A stretch of DNA of 63,231 bases, counting the filler, from Collodictyon triciliatum (lineage: Eukaryota): the NCBI GenBank assembly GCA_043381765.1. It is 5 parts of 5 records of this genome, joined end to end, with 100 filler letters (N's around TTAATTAATTAA, not from the genome) between each part and the next. Parts side by side here need not be neighbours in the genome. Positions count along the whole stretch, not along the records: positions 35,626 to 50,831 come from JBHJMP010001706.1; positions 50,932 to 63,231 come from JBHJMP010001713.1; 3 more parts are not named here. The stretch is one strand, 5' to 3'. The translations under genes and the position numbers were made by a program. Under the pieces are notes generated by a model that had not been told where the DNA came from, made no database searches, and was given only the letters and a program-made list of their open reading frames with translations. This document shows positions 48,501 through 61,800 of the stretch, piece by piece (positions within the stretch are counted from its first letter, which is position 1; every line of letters begins with the position of its first letter).

Positions 48501-48807
48501 TTTTCCTTTTTTTCCTTTTTTTCCTTTTTTTCCTTTTTTTCCTTTTTTCCTTATTTTCCTTTTTTCCTTTTTCCTTTTTCCTTTTTCCTTTTTCCTTTTT
48601 CCTTTTTCCTTTTTCTTTTTTCCTTTTTCCTTTTTCCTTTTTCCTTTTTCCTTTTTCCTTTTTTCCTTTTTTCCTTTCAACTAGAGTGAGGCCAGGTAAC
48701 ATACCCATCTCACAACACAAACCACACGCAGAGTCTACTACTGCAATGCCGAGTGCCAACAATCCGACTGGCCCAAGCACAAGGCAAGCTGCCAACCCAG
48801 CGCATAA
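45598..48807 (+). CDS. Uncharacterised bacterial-like domain(s) fused to a C-terminal MYND zinc finger, multi-exon
   Basis: MAESILP...KLPQQRNDMWLLLIRK, RPVRPYILLL, SFFETTKRYFEAQPWQKL, VSHEDLDGVDTLGWPVA and YPVP, then MYND ECNKC...FKRCSRCKK/VYYCNAECQQSDWPKHKASC. Confidence 0.8.
48370..48677. repeat. (CCTTTTT)n intronic low-complexity repeat
   Basis: Directly visible; it lies in the intron that splits the MYND finger. Confidence 0.95.
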
Positions 48808-49041
48808 CCCACTGCTCCTCTCCCCGGGCCTTCTGCATAAAAAAACAAGAACAAAAACAAGAACAAAAAAGAAAACAAAAAAAAAAAAAAACGCCTGCCT
48901 CTACTTCACCCGACCGGGTTTATCCTTACTTTTCTTTCCGAGCGCTTCAACATTCCCTTTCCGTCCGGTGCATTCAAATGAGAAAAACAAGCAACAAAGC
49001 AACAACGCGTAGAGAGCAGAAGGAACCCGGCAGAGTCTTTG

Positions 49042-50449
49042 ATGGGCCAGCAGGTGACCCGCGTGAAGCAGGCTGATCTGGACGAGCTTTCGCAAAAGAC
49101 ACACTGTAGGGAAGCCGGAATCGCAAACCTCTCATTTTCCTGAACATCATCGTTTTTCTTGTTGTTTTTCTTGTTGTTTATGTTGTTGTTTATGTTGTTT
49201 ATGTTGTTTATGTTGTTTATGTTGTTTATGTTTTTTATGTTTTTTATGTTGTTTATGTTGTTGTTTATGTTGTTGTTTATGTTGTTGTTGTTGTTTATGT
49301 TGTTGTTTATGTTGTTGTTTATGTTGTTTATGTTGTTGTTTATGTTGTTGTTTATGTTGTTGTTTATGTTGTTGTTTATGTTGTTTATGTTGTTTATGTT
49401 GTTTATTTTGTTTATGTTGTTTATGTTGTTTGTTGATGTTGCCGCTCTTCATTTCTCTCTGTCTCTCGTCTCTTTGCGCTTTGCTCCACGCAGTCACGCA
49501 GGATGAAATCGTCCGTTTATTCGAACACTTCAAGCAAATCAGCGGCTCCATCAACGCCGACAACCTGATCGACAAGTCCGAGTTTCTCCAGGTACGCAGA
49601 CAACCGCAGACAACGAGCCGCATGCACCAGACCTTCTAACAGCCCGCCATCCCTTGCGCTCTCGCCCACGCAAGGCCTTGGGTTTCCAGGAGACGATTGT
49701 GGCCGACCGACTCTTCAGGGTGTTTGACAGGAACGGAGATGGAAGCATCAACTTCAAGGAGTTTGTGGCGGGGCTTTCGATCTTTTCAAGTCGCGGCACC
49801 ATGGAGGAGAAGCTTGCACGTAAGGCAGCCGCAACGGCCCATTCGAAATCATTCCTTCTCATTATATGCCCGAACGTAATATAATATACATATATGTATG
49901 TGCATATGTGTGCGTGGTTATGAATTGCGTGCGGAGAAAGAAAGCGTAAAATAGAAATCATAAATCACATACAGTATCATTCCGGATTTATGATGTGGAT
50001 GGGAGCGGACATATTGACAAAGCAGAGCTGCTCGAGATGCTCAAGGCGTGTCTAGTGGACAGTTTCATGGACATTCCCGAAGAGCATCTGGTTTCTCTTG
50101 TGGATTCGACATTCGAGGAGACAGTAATTTGACCATTATTATTATTATTATTTCGATGTGAAGTGGCATTTATCTTTTGATTTACTTCTGATATCCTGAA
50201 TCGTGTGTTGTTCTCTGGTTTTCTTTGTTTCATCGATGCATTAGTGAATCACTGCCGCGATAAATGTGCACCTCGCCCGAACGAGTTGGTTTGGTACTCA
50301 TCTTTCTTCTCTCCCAGGATATCAACAAAGATGGGCTAATATCGTTTGAAGAGTACCGGGAGATGGCGATGAGACACCCGCACATCATCCACAACATCAC
50401 AATCAAAAACTCTGTCTTGGCTGCCGCCGCCGGAGACAAACCTGCATGA
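49042..50449 (+). CDS. Calcineurin B-like (CBL-type) EF-hand calcium sensor with an N-terminal Met-Gly
   Basis: MGQQVTRVKQADLDELSQKTHF/TQDEIVRLFEHFKQISGSINADNLIDKSEFLQ/ALG...ADRLFRVFDRNGDGSINFKEFVAGLSIF...EEKL, SFRIYDVDGSGHIDKAEL and DINKDGLISFEEY. Confidence 0.9.
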
Positions 50450-50736
50450 ACAAATGCTGACATAGAGAACAGCAGCCAACGATATCCGTCTTGCACAAAT
50501 TAAAAGGATGAAACTACGTAAAGGCATTCATTGCTCTATGGCACACATTGCAAAATCACTACAGACTCCTTCGTTGCAAGCGGTGGTTAGTTTATTGATC
50601 CGTGTTTCTTCGTCAGTCTCTGATAGCAGCGCATATCCTTTATTTTCTTCTTCTTTGTTGCTGTACTTATCCCTCTGGATTTACATACGTATTGATTAGC
50701 AAGGAGGATTTCTCATTTACCTTTCTTCTTGGTGTC

Positions 50737-50831
<95 letters not shown>

Positions 50832-50946
50832 NNNNNNNNNNNNNNNNNNNNNNNNNNNNNNNNNNNNNNNNNNNNTTAATTAATTAANNNNNNNNNNNNN
50901 NNNNNNNNNNNNNNNNNNNNNNNNNNNNNNNAAAGAAAAAAATAGT

Positions 50947-50987
<41 letters not shown>

Positions 50988-51138
50988 GTGTCAAAGTCAC
51001 AAGGTATATTATACGAAATTAAATTAAAAGAGTACATTTCACTTTTGGAGTTCCTCTATTATCGCTAGTGGCCGGACAAGCTTAATTGAAGCGGCAGATA
51101 AAATATATCAGTCGGTAATGAAAAGGAACAGACCGCTT

Positions 51139-52909
51139 CTATTGCCCAAAGAAAAGATAGGATAGCGGAACCAACACTTGACAGCAAACAATTTGCAGCG
51201 GAAGCCCAATCTTTGTGAGGTTGAGGAGCTTGCAGCCACCAGGCCCAGCAGCCATCAGATGGATTAGGCACCCGATTGAAGCGGAGATGTCAGCCGAGAA
51301 AGCAATAGCCAGAGCGTACATGACAGCCTTGACGTGTATCCCATGAGTGCAGACGCCTCAGCCACGACGCAAAACATTAATGTAGCAGAGGCACTGTTGG
51401 ATAGGAGACATTTGAAATCACGGTGCCGATGTAGATGCCGTAGAGAGGCCTATAGTCCCCAGGCCGCAAAGCTGCTGGCGAGATTCATGGCCAACTTCTC
51501 AGCAATCCCTGTGCACGTCATCGCAGTAGCAATCCGGTCACCTCCAGCGATAGTGAGCAAGGTCGAGTTTGGCGCCATCCTCTTTGCGCTTGCTGAATTC
51601 GAAATACCCAGAATGAGATATGCATAGACTCATGCAAGAGTTGTATTTGTTGGCTAGATATTAATAAAGCTTTGAGCATTCACAATGAAAAGGGTTAGTA
51701 ACTATCCAAATGAGGCCTGCGTCTTCTATCTCGCCCCAGAAGTGCTGTAGCTCTGAACGACCTCAGCCCCAAGGGCAAAAGTTGTGTCGTGGCGACACTC
51801 TTCTGTAAGTGTTGTTGGGCTTCTAGTAGCGGAGTATCCCCATGTTATAAGGCAGTGTCACAGACCTTTCTTTTCCATCTTACTCCCTCGAGTTGCACTG
51901 ATAAGATGAGAGCATCATACTCGGTTCGGAATCGAGAAGTCTGCAAAGTTTACCCGCGAGCTGGGAGCGAACACTAACCACAGCTTCAACCAGGACTTCA
52001 TTATCGCTGAATCCGATTGTCCCATCAAAGGATGAAACAAGGTCGTTGCTCTTCCACGGGTGTCGCACTCCATCCAAAGCACCAACAAAGCGAATCTTAT
52101 CTCCAACCTCGGTAATCACATCGCCAGAGGGAGCAGGAATGATTTCGCCACTCATTCTCTCGACATGCGTCAGGTATAACGCAGGCAGGTGCTTCATGGT
52201 GTTCTTTTCGATAGAGTAACCTTCCATGTCGCCCCCACTACGAACGGTGACGTGAAGATTATATGCGCGGCTGTACTTGTTGAGAATGGCCCGGACTAAC
52301 TGTCGATTAGCAAGCCAGAAAGAGGAGGTAAGGGTGACCGATATTATCCCAGCAATTGTTAATGGGGTACCAACCACACCAATCTCAAATAATGGTATAC
52401 CTATGTTTGGGTAATATGAGTGGGCAAGAACCTTCACAACCAGATTGGTCGGTGTTCTGATGATGGTAATCAGACAGTTAGGATGGTGGCATAACTCAAG
52501 GAAAACATAGACTTTGGTGTTAGAAGTCCATGTCTTAGACACCAGGCCTCTACCACCGGGATTAGGACAGCGATAGAGGGAGTGTTGCTCGTCCAGGCAG
52601 AGATGAAACCATTCACGACCATATAGCGGGATTGTGTGATGTAAACACTTCAAGGACGCCCATGCAGCACCTCGCCATGTACTCGATATCGCCCGATTCT
52701 TCAATGCCATTAGCAACCACAATCATCAGCGCGAGTGTAACAACTGTTTCATTTCCACTTCTCGGTCAGAACCTAAACTTGGAACATTTTCTTCGGTGGT
52801 TCGTCTCTCTATCTCTCTTTTTCAGCCTCGAATTCCCACATCTGAAGGCCAGTGTCGAGGTCTTTAACATCGATCGGTTCGACTTGCCCGTGGGTTTTGT
52901 TGTGGCCAT
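51139..52909 (-). pseudogene. Intronless, frameshifted SLC13/DASS-type (SLT/SAC1-like) anion:sodium symporter with TrkA-C domains
   Basis: Family motifs are spread over three frames with internal stops: NETVVTLALMIVVANGIEESG*, FISAWTSNTPSIAVLIPVVEAWC...LSYATIL*, ITIIRTPTNLVV, LPALYLTHVER..GEIIPAP..GDKIRFVG, LVEAVVS, LLSNSASATLMF and HLMAAGPGG...KIGLPLQ. Confidence 0.8.
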
Positions 52910-54404
52910 CATGAGGCAACTTGGTAGGTGTGGTCGTGATGGCGTTACGATGGTGGCGCTTTCGATAAGGGTCTCGAATCTCTAGTAAGTCTGATATATC
53001 ATCACTAAGATGGCGCTCTTGGTGGGTTTCTGGAGCGAAGAGATGACCATTTATTCTTTTTGTTCTACTTTTACAACCAAATGTATGGATTCAAAAAAAG
53101 AAAAGAACCGGTTTATATACCCGGCATCCTATTTGTTTCTTTGATTGGACGAAAAATTATCACCTTGGAGTATATTTTGTTCTGTTGGCTGTGCATCACA
53201 TTCGATAAAGTGAGGGGGTGGGTGATAAATTAGAAAATATGGCCATTCTTTCCGATTTTTGGCTTCGTACTGGATTTCGACTTTTGAAGTCTCGTTGAAT
53301 AGCAACATAATTTAGAAACAGAGGCATGGTTAACATCGTCACAGCGGAAAGAACCATAGGCCTTGCCGGCCACAGCGTCTCGTTGGTGTATACTCTTTTT
53401 CTGGTATGATGCGCAACAAATCCGCAGTATTCATCGGAACATCCAATTATGAGATGACCATAATTTTCTTTTCATACCGACACCTAAGAGCGATTCCCAA
53501 GTTTCTGCCCTCTGTTTTGCAACAATAAAGCTGACGGAAAAAAAGAGAGCCTCAAATTTCATCTTGTTTGGTTTTGGATTCTTTCTACCAACGAGGGTGA
53601 TTTAGAAGGGAAACCTCCATGAAATTCATTCCATCCCGTCGTGTTCTCATCAAAATTTTGGGGTGGTCATGTTTTTTGTTTTTTTTTCGAGAATCTCTTT
53701 CTGAAACCGCATGGTTTGGTTTGGGAACAATCTCAGGGCAGGTGAGGCAATTGTCAAAGTCAGACACGACATATGTTGTCTCTTAGGTCACACAGTATTG
53801 GATGCGCCATCTGTCCCATGAATTGGCTGCATCTGTGGGGATTATTGCTGCCATTTGAAGCAGATTCTTTTCCAGCCAAATTCATTTCGTCAAAAAAAAA
53901 AAAAAAAAAACGATTCCTATCGCGTATGCGACCACCAGCCTTGGATGGAGGACATGATAGTCGATACTTGGAAAATTACCGCGTTTCGCTCATATCAGCG
54001 CGTCAGATGCCTATACACCAGCGAGGCAAACGACTCCAAGGGCTAACAGAAACGAAATTAGAAAAAGCGCCAGCAGCTCTCCTAATAGGGACACATTCAA
54101 TAACCAAGCAAGAATGCAAAACGACAATGCACGACCACGAACATTCTCTTGACACAAATGAATCAACTCCTTGAATCATTAAAAACACGTGCTTCCCAGT
54201 TTCGAGAGACAAACACCATAAGCGTTTTAGTAGATTCGTTTCCAATCAATTCAATATTCAAAATAATCCAGCATAATATCACTCAGCCGCCCAAAAAGAG
54301 TTTTTTGAAACAGTGTGATTTATTGCAAATTATCCCTCCTGAAGACATCCTACCGAAATGATATGTTGATGTTAAATGTTCTTGTGTTTTCTTATTATTT
54401 AATT

Positions 54405-57400
54405 CTATGTCCTGAATTGCAGTATTCCAGCTTTTGTAAAGTACCGTGCGCCTTTGTATGACCGAGATTTTTCGTCGGATATATTGACTGATGTGATCTA
54501 AGTTTGTGTTGTTGGATTTTATTCCTTATTGTAATCGTTTAAATAAAACCCTACAAAATCGTAATAGTATTCGATAGAGACGGACATAGTCCAGAGGCTT
54601 TTCTTTTGGACTGGCTTATTGTTAGAAAAAAAAACTCAACAATGAATCTGGTCATTCGAACGGCAAGATATGGATTATACATTGAATAAAATCACTCGCC
54701 TGCAAGCCTGATATGTTGAATGACATTAATTTGAATTCCACAAGCAAGTCGGGTCGTATTGAATCAACCACTAGATATTTGAAGACAGATGAAAAATGCA
54801 ACATAAGCAATTGTGTTACTGATTTACAATTTTCTAAAAATAAATAAATTCTTGGTGCGAATTCGAATCATTCAAATCACAATGTCATAAAAATAAGCAT
54901 GATTCGTGCTGTCGCAAGTTACTTTTGATAAAGCGAATGTACCACAAACCAGAGCCTGGCGAGAAATTTATGTCTCCATTTAATGTTGGCAGTCTGTCTC
55001 TTGGCATAGACCCAATATCCCACATCAAAATCTAGTTGCGTTTCAATTGAATCAGCTCCACAAAAATTTGTCATGGATTAGTATTTGAAAGCAAGTAAGA
55101 AAAAATAATCGAATCTATCAAAGTGAATTAATCTGGAACCTTTAATTTATCATCAAATTTAATGTCTCCGATTGTAGCCTTTAATGAGTGTCCTATCGCG
55201 CAATCTGGCAGACTAATTTTAACGACAACATCATCAGCTGGCTTGGGGCTACATTGAAAATTTAAATTTGATTTCACTTTTTCAGCATTATTTATTGATG
55301 CACCTATTGGTTTTGCATAATTTAAATATTTGGTGACCATAATAATGCTTCTTTTTTTTTCTTATTTTATTAGACGGGAGCTATCTAGCAATTCAAACAG
55401 CGCAATTGATACAAAAGATTATTAAGATGAGTGTTTCCGCTCACTTTCCAATTAAACGAGAGCCAACAGATAGATGAACATGGTTGTCTTTCTTGACGAA
55501 GGAAATGACAGGTTTTACATGAACGGGTAACTTAAAATTCGTGGTTTTTATCCTATGTATTCCATGACAATCAAGATAAATGGTAGATTCATCGCAAGCT
55601 GTTTTGCATTGATTGTTGATAAATGGATAAAAGGGTTACTTGTATGTAGCCAATTTAAATTGTCCATCAGGGGGTATGAATGATAATATCTACAAAATTT
55701 TGGTAATGGAAAAAATGAATCATACACATTAGTTTATGCTTAACATTGAAGTTAAATTGTCCAGTCATCCATACTTTAGCGTCTCATTCACAAACCTTCT
55801 CTCGTTCGAATCTGGAATATCGAACACACGGATGAAATACGCAGTCTTCCAAAATCTCAGGCTTTGAGAGCTGCACAGTAATATCGGGCATTCCTTGTAA
55901 TTTATTTAAAAATTGAAAAGTCAGACATTCATGAGGAACCCATGCTTGTTGTTGAACTATACAAAATAATCTATATTAGTAATTACCACTTAATTTGCTT
56001 TCACACATAATCTCTCCTACAATTTCTCCGGAAACGATGGAACCATTTCTGTAAGACAAAAATGTATTTAAAATATTTAATTATTGAGATGCCTTATCTG
56101 CATAAAATAACAAACAAACAAAAAAGAGAAAAATAAATATGGGAATACTTTTGAACGAAAAGGAGATAATTACGCTTCAAATAGAGCATCGACTTTTTCG
56201 GTGACGTCGAAATATATCTCATTTGTTCGATATCTAATGTTCAGTTTTCTCCATGGAAGCGACGTGAAAGTGATATCTGGTATTGTCTCGACAACCTGAT
56301 TGCAATGTATATGCTCTGTGAAATTGAAGCCTGCTTCTTCGACTAACAAAATGAGGTGCCAGGATACAAAGGGGTGAGAACGAATGCACAAATTTAATAC
56401 ATTAGATGCCCCAGTCAAAAGACTCTTTGTTCGGTTGACTATTGTTGGGGGTAAAATCATCTCCTTTAGTATAGAGGACTCTGTCGTAAACAGAAAGCCA
56501 CTGTCAATCATTTCGTCCAGCAGTTGGTGCACAGTGGCAAAATTATCACGAAGTACTTTGGAGGACAGCTGAGGGAAGTATTCCTCAAATACATCCACCA
56601 TTCTGTGCAGAAATTCGATGATTAGAAGTGGAGGAGTTTCTTGGATGCTTATCGCCAACAGAAAGATACCACTTCTCTCGATATGTATTAAAATCTCCTG
56701 TAAATAAAGAAATTTTAATAGGTAGGAAATTTGCTGTTAAGCGGATATTTACAGGAAAAAATACCTAAAAGTAATGTAAATATATGTTTGAATATGGTTG
56801 TTCTGGCGTAATTCTATGATTTATTTCTCTAACTTGTCAAATAAAATGATTATTTGGAGTAAAGAATTTTCCATATATGTTTTACTTTATTTCTTCGGAT
56901 GGCTGGTGGGAGTCCTCCTTTCTCTCTGCTCTTTATATATTCACCCCTGCAAATTACAAACATGATAATAATAGATTAACGAATAATAAGGAATTTATTG
57001 TGCCTGCGTAATCCGATGAGATATGAATAAACTATTCATGAAAAGCAATATACAAAAACGAAAAGATTTCTGAGGAACGTATCAACAGAAAACTAGATAA
57101 AGAGACAGAGCGATGGAACAAGCATTATGCCGGAACTGGCGGACTATATACATCTTTTTATCGTGATAAGGAAGAAAAAAAACCAAAAGTATATGCATAT
57201 CCTCCTATTTGATAAGCCTTGGTAACTCTTGACGAACATGATGTCCCTATTTGATTTAAAACCATTCTCACTAAGCACCTTCAATATAAACAGAACAAAT
57301 ATTCCCAGAACAGTATTGAGCGACTAAGTTTAATTGCTGCGCTCTTCACATCTTCGCATAAAAAAATGGTCCAAATAAAAAGAGGAAGAAGCATTTTTAC

Positions 57401-57532
57401 TCACAACGAAGAAAGCCATACAAATAGGCCCACTTGAATCGAAGGCAAAACACTTTTTGCTTTTCTCAAGCGGAAGAAAAAGCTGTTAAGTCCTTACCCA
57501 TCCGATCCAAGAATGTACAGCGTGTGAATCAT
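54405..57532 (-). CDS. AP3M: Adaptor complex AP-3 mu subunit, multi-exon
   Basis: MIHTLYILGSDG, ETPPLLIIEFLHRMVDVFEEYF, NFATVHQLLDEMIDSG, LPWRK...NEIYFDV, FHPCVRY, SFIPPDGQFKL and C-terminal YKGARYFTKAGILQFRT*. Confidence 0.93.
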
Positions 57533-57664
57533 AGTGTCCCTGCCAGAACCATCAATCAAAACGTGCGCTCCTTCCTGCTTGAACAAAAGAAGGTTGATAT
57601 GTGAGCAGCTCAAGCATCTGCGTGGCAAAGCAGGTTCGGCAGCCGCCTCTGTGCTTGGTCTCGA

Positions 57665-57950
57665 AAAAAGAAAAAGAGAAAAAAAGAAAAAAAGAAAAAA
57701 AGTAAAAAAGTAAAAAAGTAAAAAAGTAAAAAAGTAAAAAAGTAAAAAAGTAAAAAAGTAAAAAAGTAAAAAAGTAAAAAAGTAAAAAAGTAAAAAAAAG
57801 TAAAAAAGTAAAAAAGTAAAAAAGTAAAAAAGTAAAAAAGTAAAAAAGTAAAAAAGTAAAAAAAGAAAAAGAAAAAGAAGAAAAAAAGTAAAAAGACAAA
57901 AAGAAGAAAAAAGTAAAAGAAAAAAAGTAAAAAGACAAAAAGGAGAAAGA
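57665..57950. repeat. (AAGTAAA)n 7-mer repeat between the divergent AP3M and DUF4286 genes
   Basis: Directly visible. Confidence 0.95.
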
Positions 57951-58184
57951 AAAGCTCATTCATCCCAATACGGAATTCATAATAATTATTATAATAATCT
58001 CAATAATTACAAACTGATCCTTCAAATATAACTAATTCAACAATAAAGATATAATTCCTATAATTTATAATGAGTGATGCCAGATTCTTAACCACAGACA
58101 CTGTTAGACAAGTGCATTCACGCGAAAAGGGTGGCCAAAAAACAAAATAATAATAAACCTGTCTCCTTGAAAGCCAACCGCACG

Positions 58185-58705
58185 ATGACAGCCGATCCGA
58201 CCAACGTGATCTACGAGGCAAGCAGACTTTTTCACAAACCCACAAACCCACAAACACACAAACACACAAACACACAAACACACAAACCCACAAACCCACA
58301 AACCCACAAACCCACAAACCCACAAACCCACAAACCCACAAACCCACAAACCCACAAACCCAGGTCAACCTCAGCGTCAGCGCCGATGTTGCGGAAGAAT
58401 ACCACGGTTGGCTGAAAGAGCACATCCAAGAGATGCTCCACATCCCGGGCTTCCTTCAAGCTTCGCTGCATCGACGCCAGGCACAGGACGAAACCCCGAG
58501 CGAGAGAAACGCAGAGGCGGAGGCACAACCTGTTCTGTTCACAGTCTTGTACAAGCTTCAAAGTCGCGCGGCTTTGGACCGCTACTTTGCCCAGGATGCG
58601 CCCAGAATGCGGCAGCAAGGCCTCGACCGATGGGCGGGCAAGTTTACGGCCTCCCGCCGCATTCTGAGTCTCGACTGGGAGTCCAGTGCGCCGGAGCAGG
58701 CTTAG
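58185..58705 (+). CDS. DUF4286-family small protein, 2 exons with a GC-AG intron (58218-58363) containing (CACAAAC)n
   Basis: MTADPTNVIYE/VNLSVSADVAEEYHGWLKEHIQEMLHIPGFLQA...FTVLYKLQSRAALDRYFAQDAPRMRQQGLDRWAGKFTASRRIL matches the DUF4286 pattern as I recall it. Confidence 0.8.
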
Positions 58706-58872
58706 GATTGATTAAACAGAGGGAAAGAGTTGAAACGGAGTGGATTTTTTTTTTTTTTGCATACTCCCTCTTATCTTATCCTATCTTTTCCTTCCTTTTT
58801 TTTTGACGTTTCGGTGTGTCTTTTTGGCGCGCGTTTACAGTTGATGACTTGGTTGGCATGTTTATAATTGCG

Positions 58873-61800
58873 TTAGATAAGCTTCAACGCCTCCTGGGCA
58901 AAGTACTTGACGTCCTTGTCATCGTCGTCGTGCAGAGACGTGAGGATGGGTTTTACCGTGAGGCTCACTATAGTTATCATGGGCGTAGTGGTGGTGCTCA
59001 GTATAGATGCGAGTTGCTGTAGGGAATTGGAGACATAAAGGATATGNNNNNNNNNNNNNNNNNNNNNNNNNNNNNNNNNNNNNNNNNNNNNNNNNNNNNN
59101 NNNNNNNNNNNNNNNNNNNNNNNNNNNNNNNNNNNNNNNNNNNNNNNNNNNNNNNNNNNNNNNNNNNNNNNNNNNNNNNNNNNNNNNNNNNNNNNNNNNN
59201 NNNNNNNNNNNNNNNNNNNNNNNNNNNNNNNNNNNNNNNNNNNNNNNNNNNNNNNNNNNNNNNNNNNNNNNNNNNNNNNNNNNNNNNNNNNNNNNNNNNN
59301 NNNNNNNNNNNNNNNNNNNNNNNNNNNNNNNNNNNNNNNNNNNNNNNNNNNNNNNNNNNNNNNNNNNNNNNNNNNNNTTTTTTTTTTTTTTTTTGTGCGA
59401 TTTTGACAGCAGTTTCGCAATTGTGTAATTGCGACTATCGGACGATGAGATAGATTTGTGCGATGAGGTTGAGGTTGATATGTGTGTTTGAAACGAATGA
59501 AATTACTTACTTTGACAGGATGGGAATGAACTGGGAGTTGATGATGTCTGACCCAATAACCGGGGCGATGGCTCTCATGGTCATCAGAGACGACAGACGG
59601 AAAAGATGGATGTGGTGCTCTGACAACGACCGTATGCGTGGAAGGACACTTTTACGGGCCCAATCAATATCTAGAGGGAAACCCGATTAGCGATTGTATG
59701 CAAGTTAATCGGGGAACATGCAGATTAGAAGGTATTTGCTTAGCCATTCGGTAAATAGGTGCCAAAGTAGACACTAACTTACAAAACTTATAAATTTTCC
59801 TTTCCAAACAGAGCTCCTTCTTATATATATGCATATTTGATTTTGATTCATTCTGTATAAATGTCTCTGAAAGTGAATACATAATAACATAAAAAAAAGT
59901 AAAAGAGAGACCAACCAAACAACTCTATCAGTTTCTTCATGATGTTGGCCGCCACTTCACGGACAGCCCAAACTGGGTCTTCAAGCCACGCTCCAAACAA
60001 AACAACTATCTTTTCATCCACAAACCCGACTCCCAACTGCGAAGCAAGAACGGGAAAATATTCTATGGCAGAGATTCGAACGCGCCACTCGGCATGTTGC
60101 GTGGATTGCAATACAACGGGGATGATTTTCTATTGATTGGTCGCGTGCATTAGTTCGTGAAAGATTGCTGTTAAATATCTAGTATCATTCCCAAATTAAA
60201 TTACTGAGGGAGATGCCGACAAACCTCAACTAAAGCTTCCAGGCCAACAACGTGGTTAACGATTTCAATTTGAGAGATGATATTCAGTTGAATCTGTGCA
60301 AAGTAATTAGTTATGTAATCACATTTTGGAATTTCCTCCTTTGATGCTTTTTTATATTATTTTATTTTACACAAAGACAATTGATTTCAACCAATATTGA
60401 GTTTTTAATATTCTTAAACAAAACCTCTTGGGAGTCTATCTTGAGAAACTTCACGATGATGTCGAAAAGATGGGAAACGCTGAATTGCTTTCCAAGGGTG
60501 GTGGATAGGTTCATGATAACAGTGGATAATGCAACTGTATTTGTATATGTTGAATATTCACAATTGAAAGTCAAAATAAACTTTGAAAAAAGATCAATGA
60601 TAATAATAATAAAAAAACATCAATAGATATGTAAAAAAGAATAGAAAAAGTCTGCGTTCATGAGGAGCCCATAAAAAGAGTGTTCACCTAAGCAAAATTA
60701 AAAAAATAACCTAGACATTTGTAAAAAATAAATAAATAGAATAATACCTTTCACCTCGTTGGAAGAGTCATCCACCATATTATCGATTGATGGTATAATG
60801 CTCGCCACAACAACATCGGCAGGAAATAGCGCAGAGAAGAGAGATACTAATTAATTTGATTTGCGTGAGAATAATAGCTTTATTCTTTTCACCATTTCTT
60901 TTTGTTTGTTTGTTTGTTTGTTTGTTTGTTTGTTTGTTTGTTTGTTTGTTTGTTTGTTTGTTTGTTTGTTTGTTTGTTTGTTTGTTTGTTTGTTGATTCA
61001 AAAGTTGTCATGAAAAAAAAAAAAAAACCAACGAATCCTTCTCGTTTATGCAATAAAGAATATAAATTGAGGCATCGTGGAACGGAGTACGACCTTTAGA
61101 TGCAGCTACAGCACGAACTTCTGCCTCGGAGTCTTTTAGAAGAGACTGAAAGATAGGAATCAGAGCTGATTTTCCCATTTCAGGTCCAGTTACCATCCCA
61201 ATCTAATGAAAATAGTGCAGAAAATGTATGTGCTGAGAAGGGGCCTACAATATGTCTTTCAAGAGCGTAATTTATACAGTATCGACATGATAGGGAAATA
61301 AATTAAACGTTTGATGCATAAAACGACTAAATTGATGGGAAGCAGAAGAAACTTGCATCGTTGATTCTGTCGGCCACGGTGTAGCGGACTCTCCAGGAGC
61401 GGTCGACATAGCGAGACTTGACGATGTACATCAAGAATGGAACAATATCTGGGCCAGAAAGGGCGCTGCAAACTTCGATGGAGCCCTCCAGAGCCAAGAG
61501 TCTGACGGCATCCTGATGGTCTTCCGAGAGACGCGTAAATATGTTGAGCAGCTCAGAGAAGTCATCTTCGGGGTCGAGTTGCTTGATGAATTTCTTTATG
61601 TGTATTCGAAACATAATTTCCATGTTACATTTGACTGCAACTGCATGACGACTTTTATCAGAATAAGTTGATTATTGGAAAATATCTATAAAAAAAATCA
61701 GTATATATACATACATATTGCATCCTATACAAACCGCAAGATTCAGAGCAACGCCACGCCGAACCATTGGAGTCTCATCTTGAGCCAAAGTAGAAATCAA

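Noticed and set aside
53773-54361. Overlapping short plus-strand ORFs
   Set aside because: No recognisable motif or consistent splice model; at most a decayed fragment.
58234-58361. (CACAAAC)n as a telomeric repeat or CRISPR-like array
   Set aside because: A simple 7-mer microsatellite inside an intron, with no spacers and not at a chromosome end.
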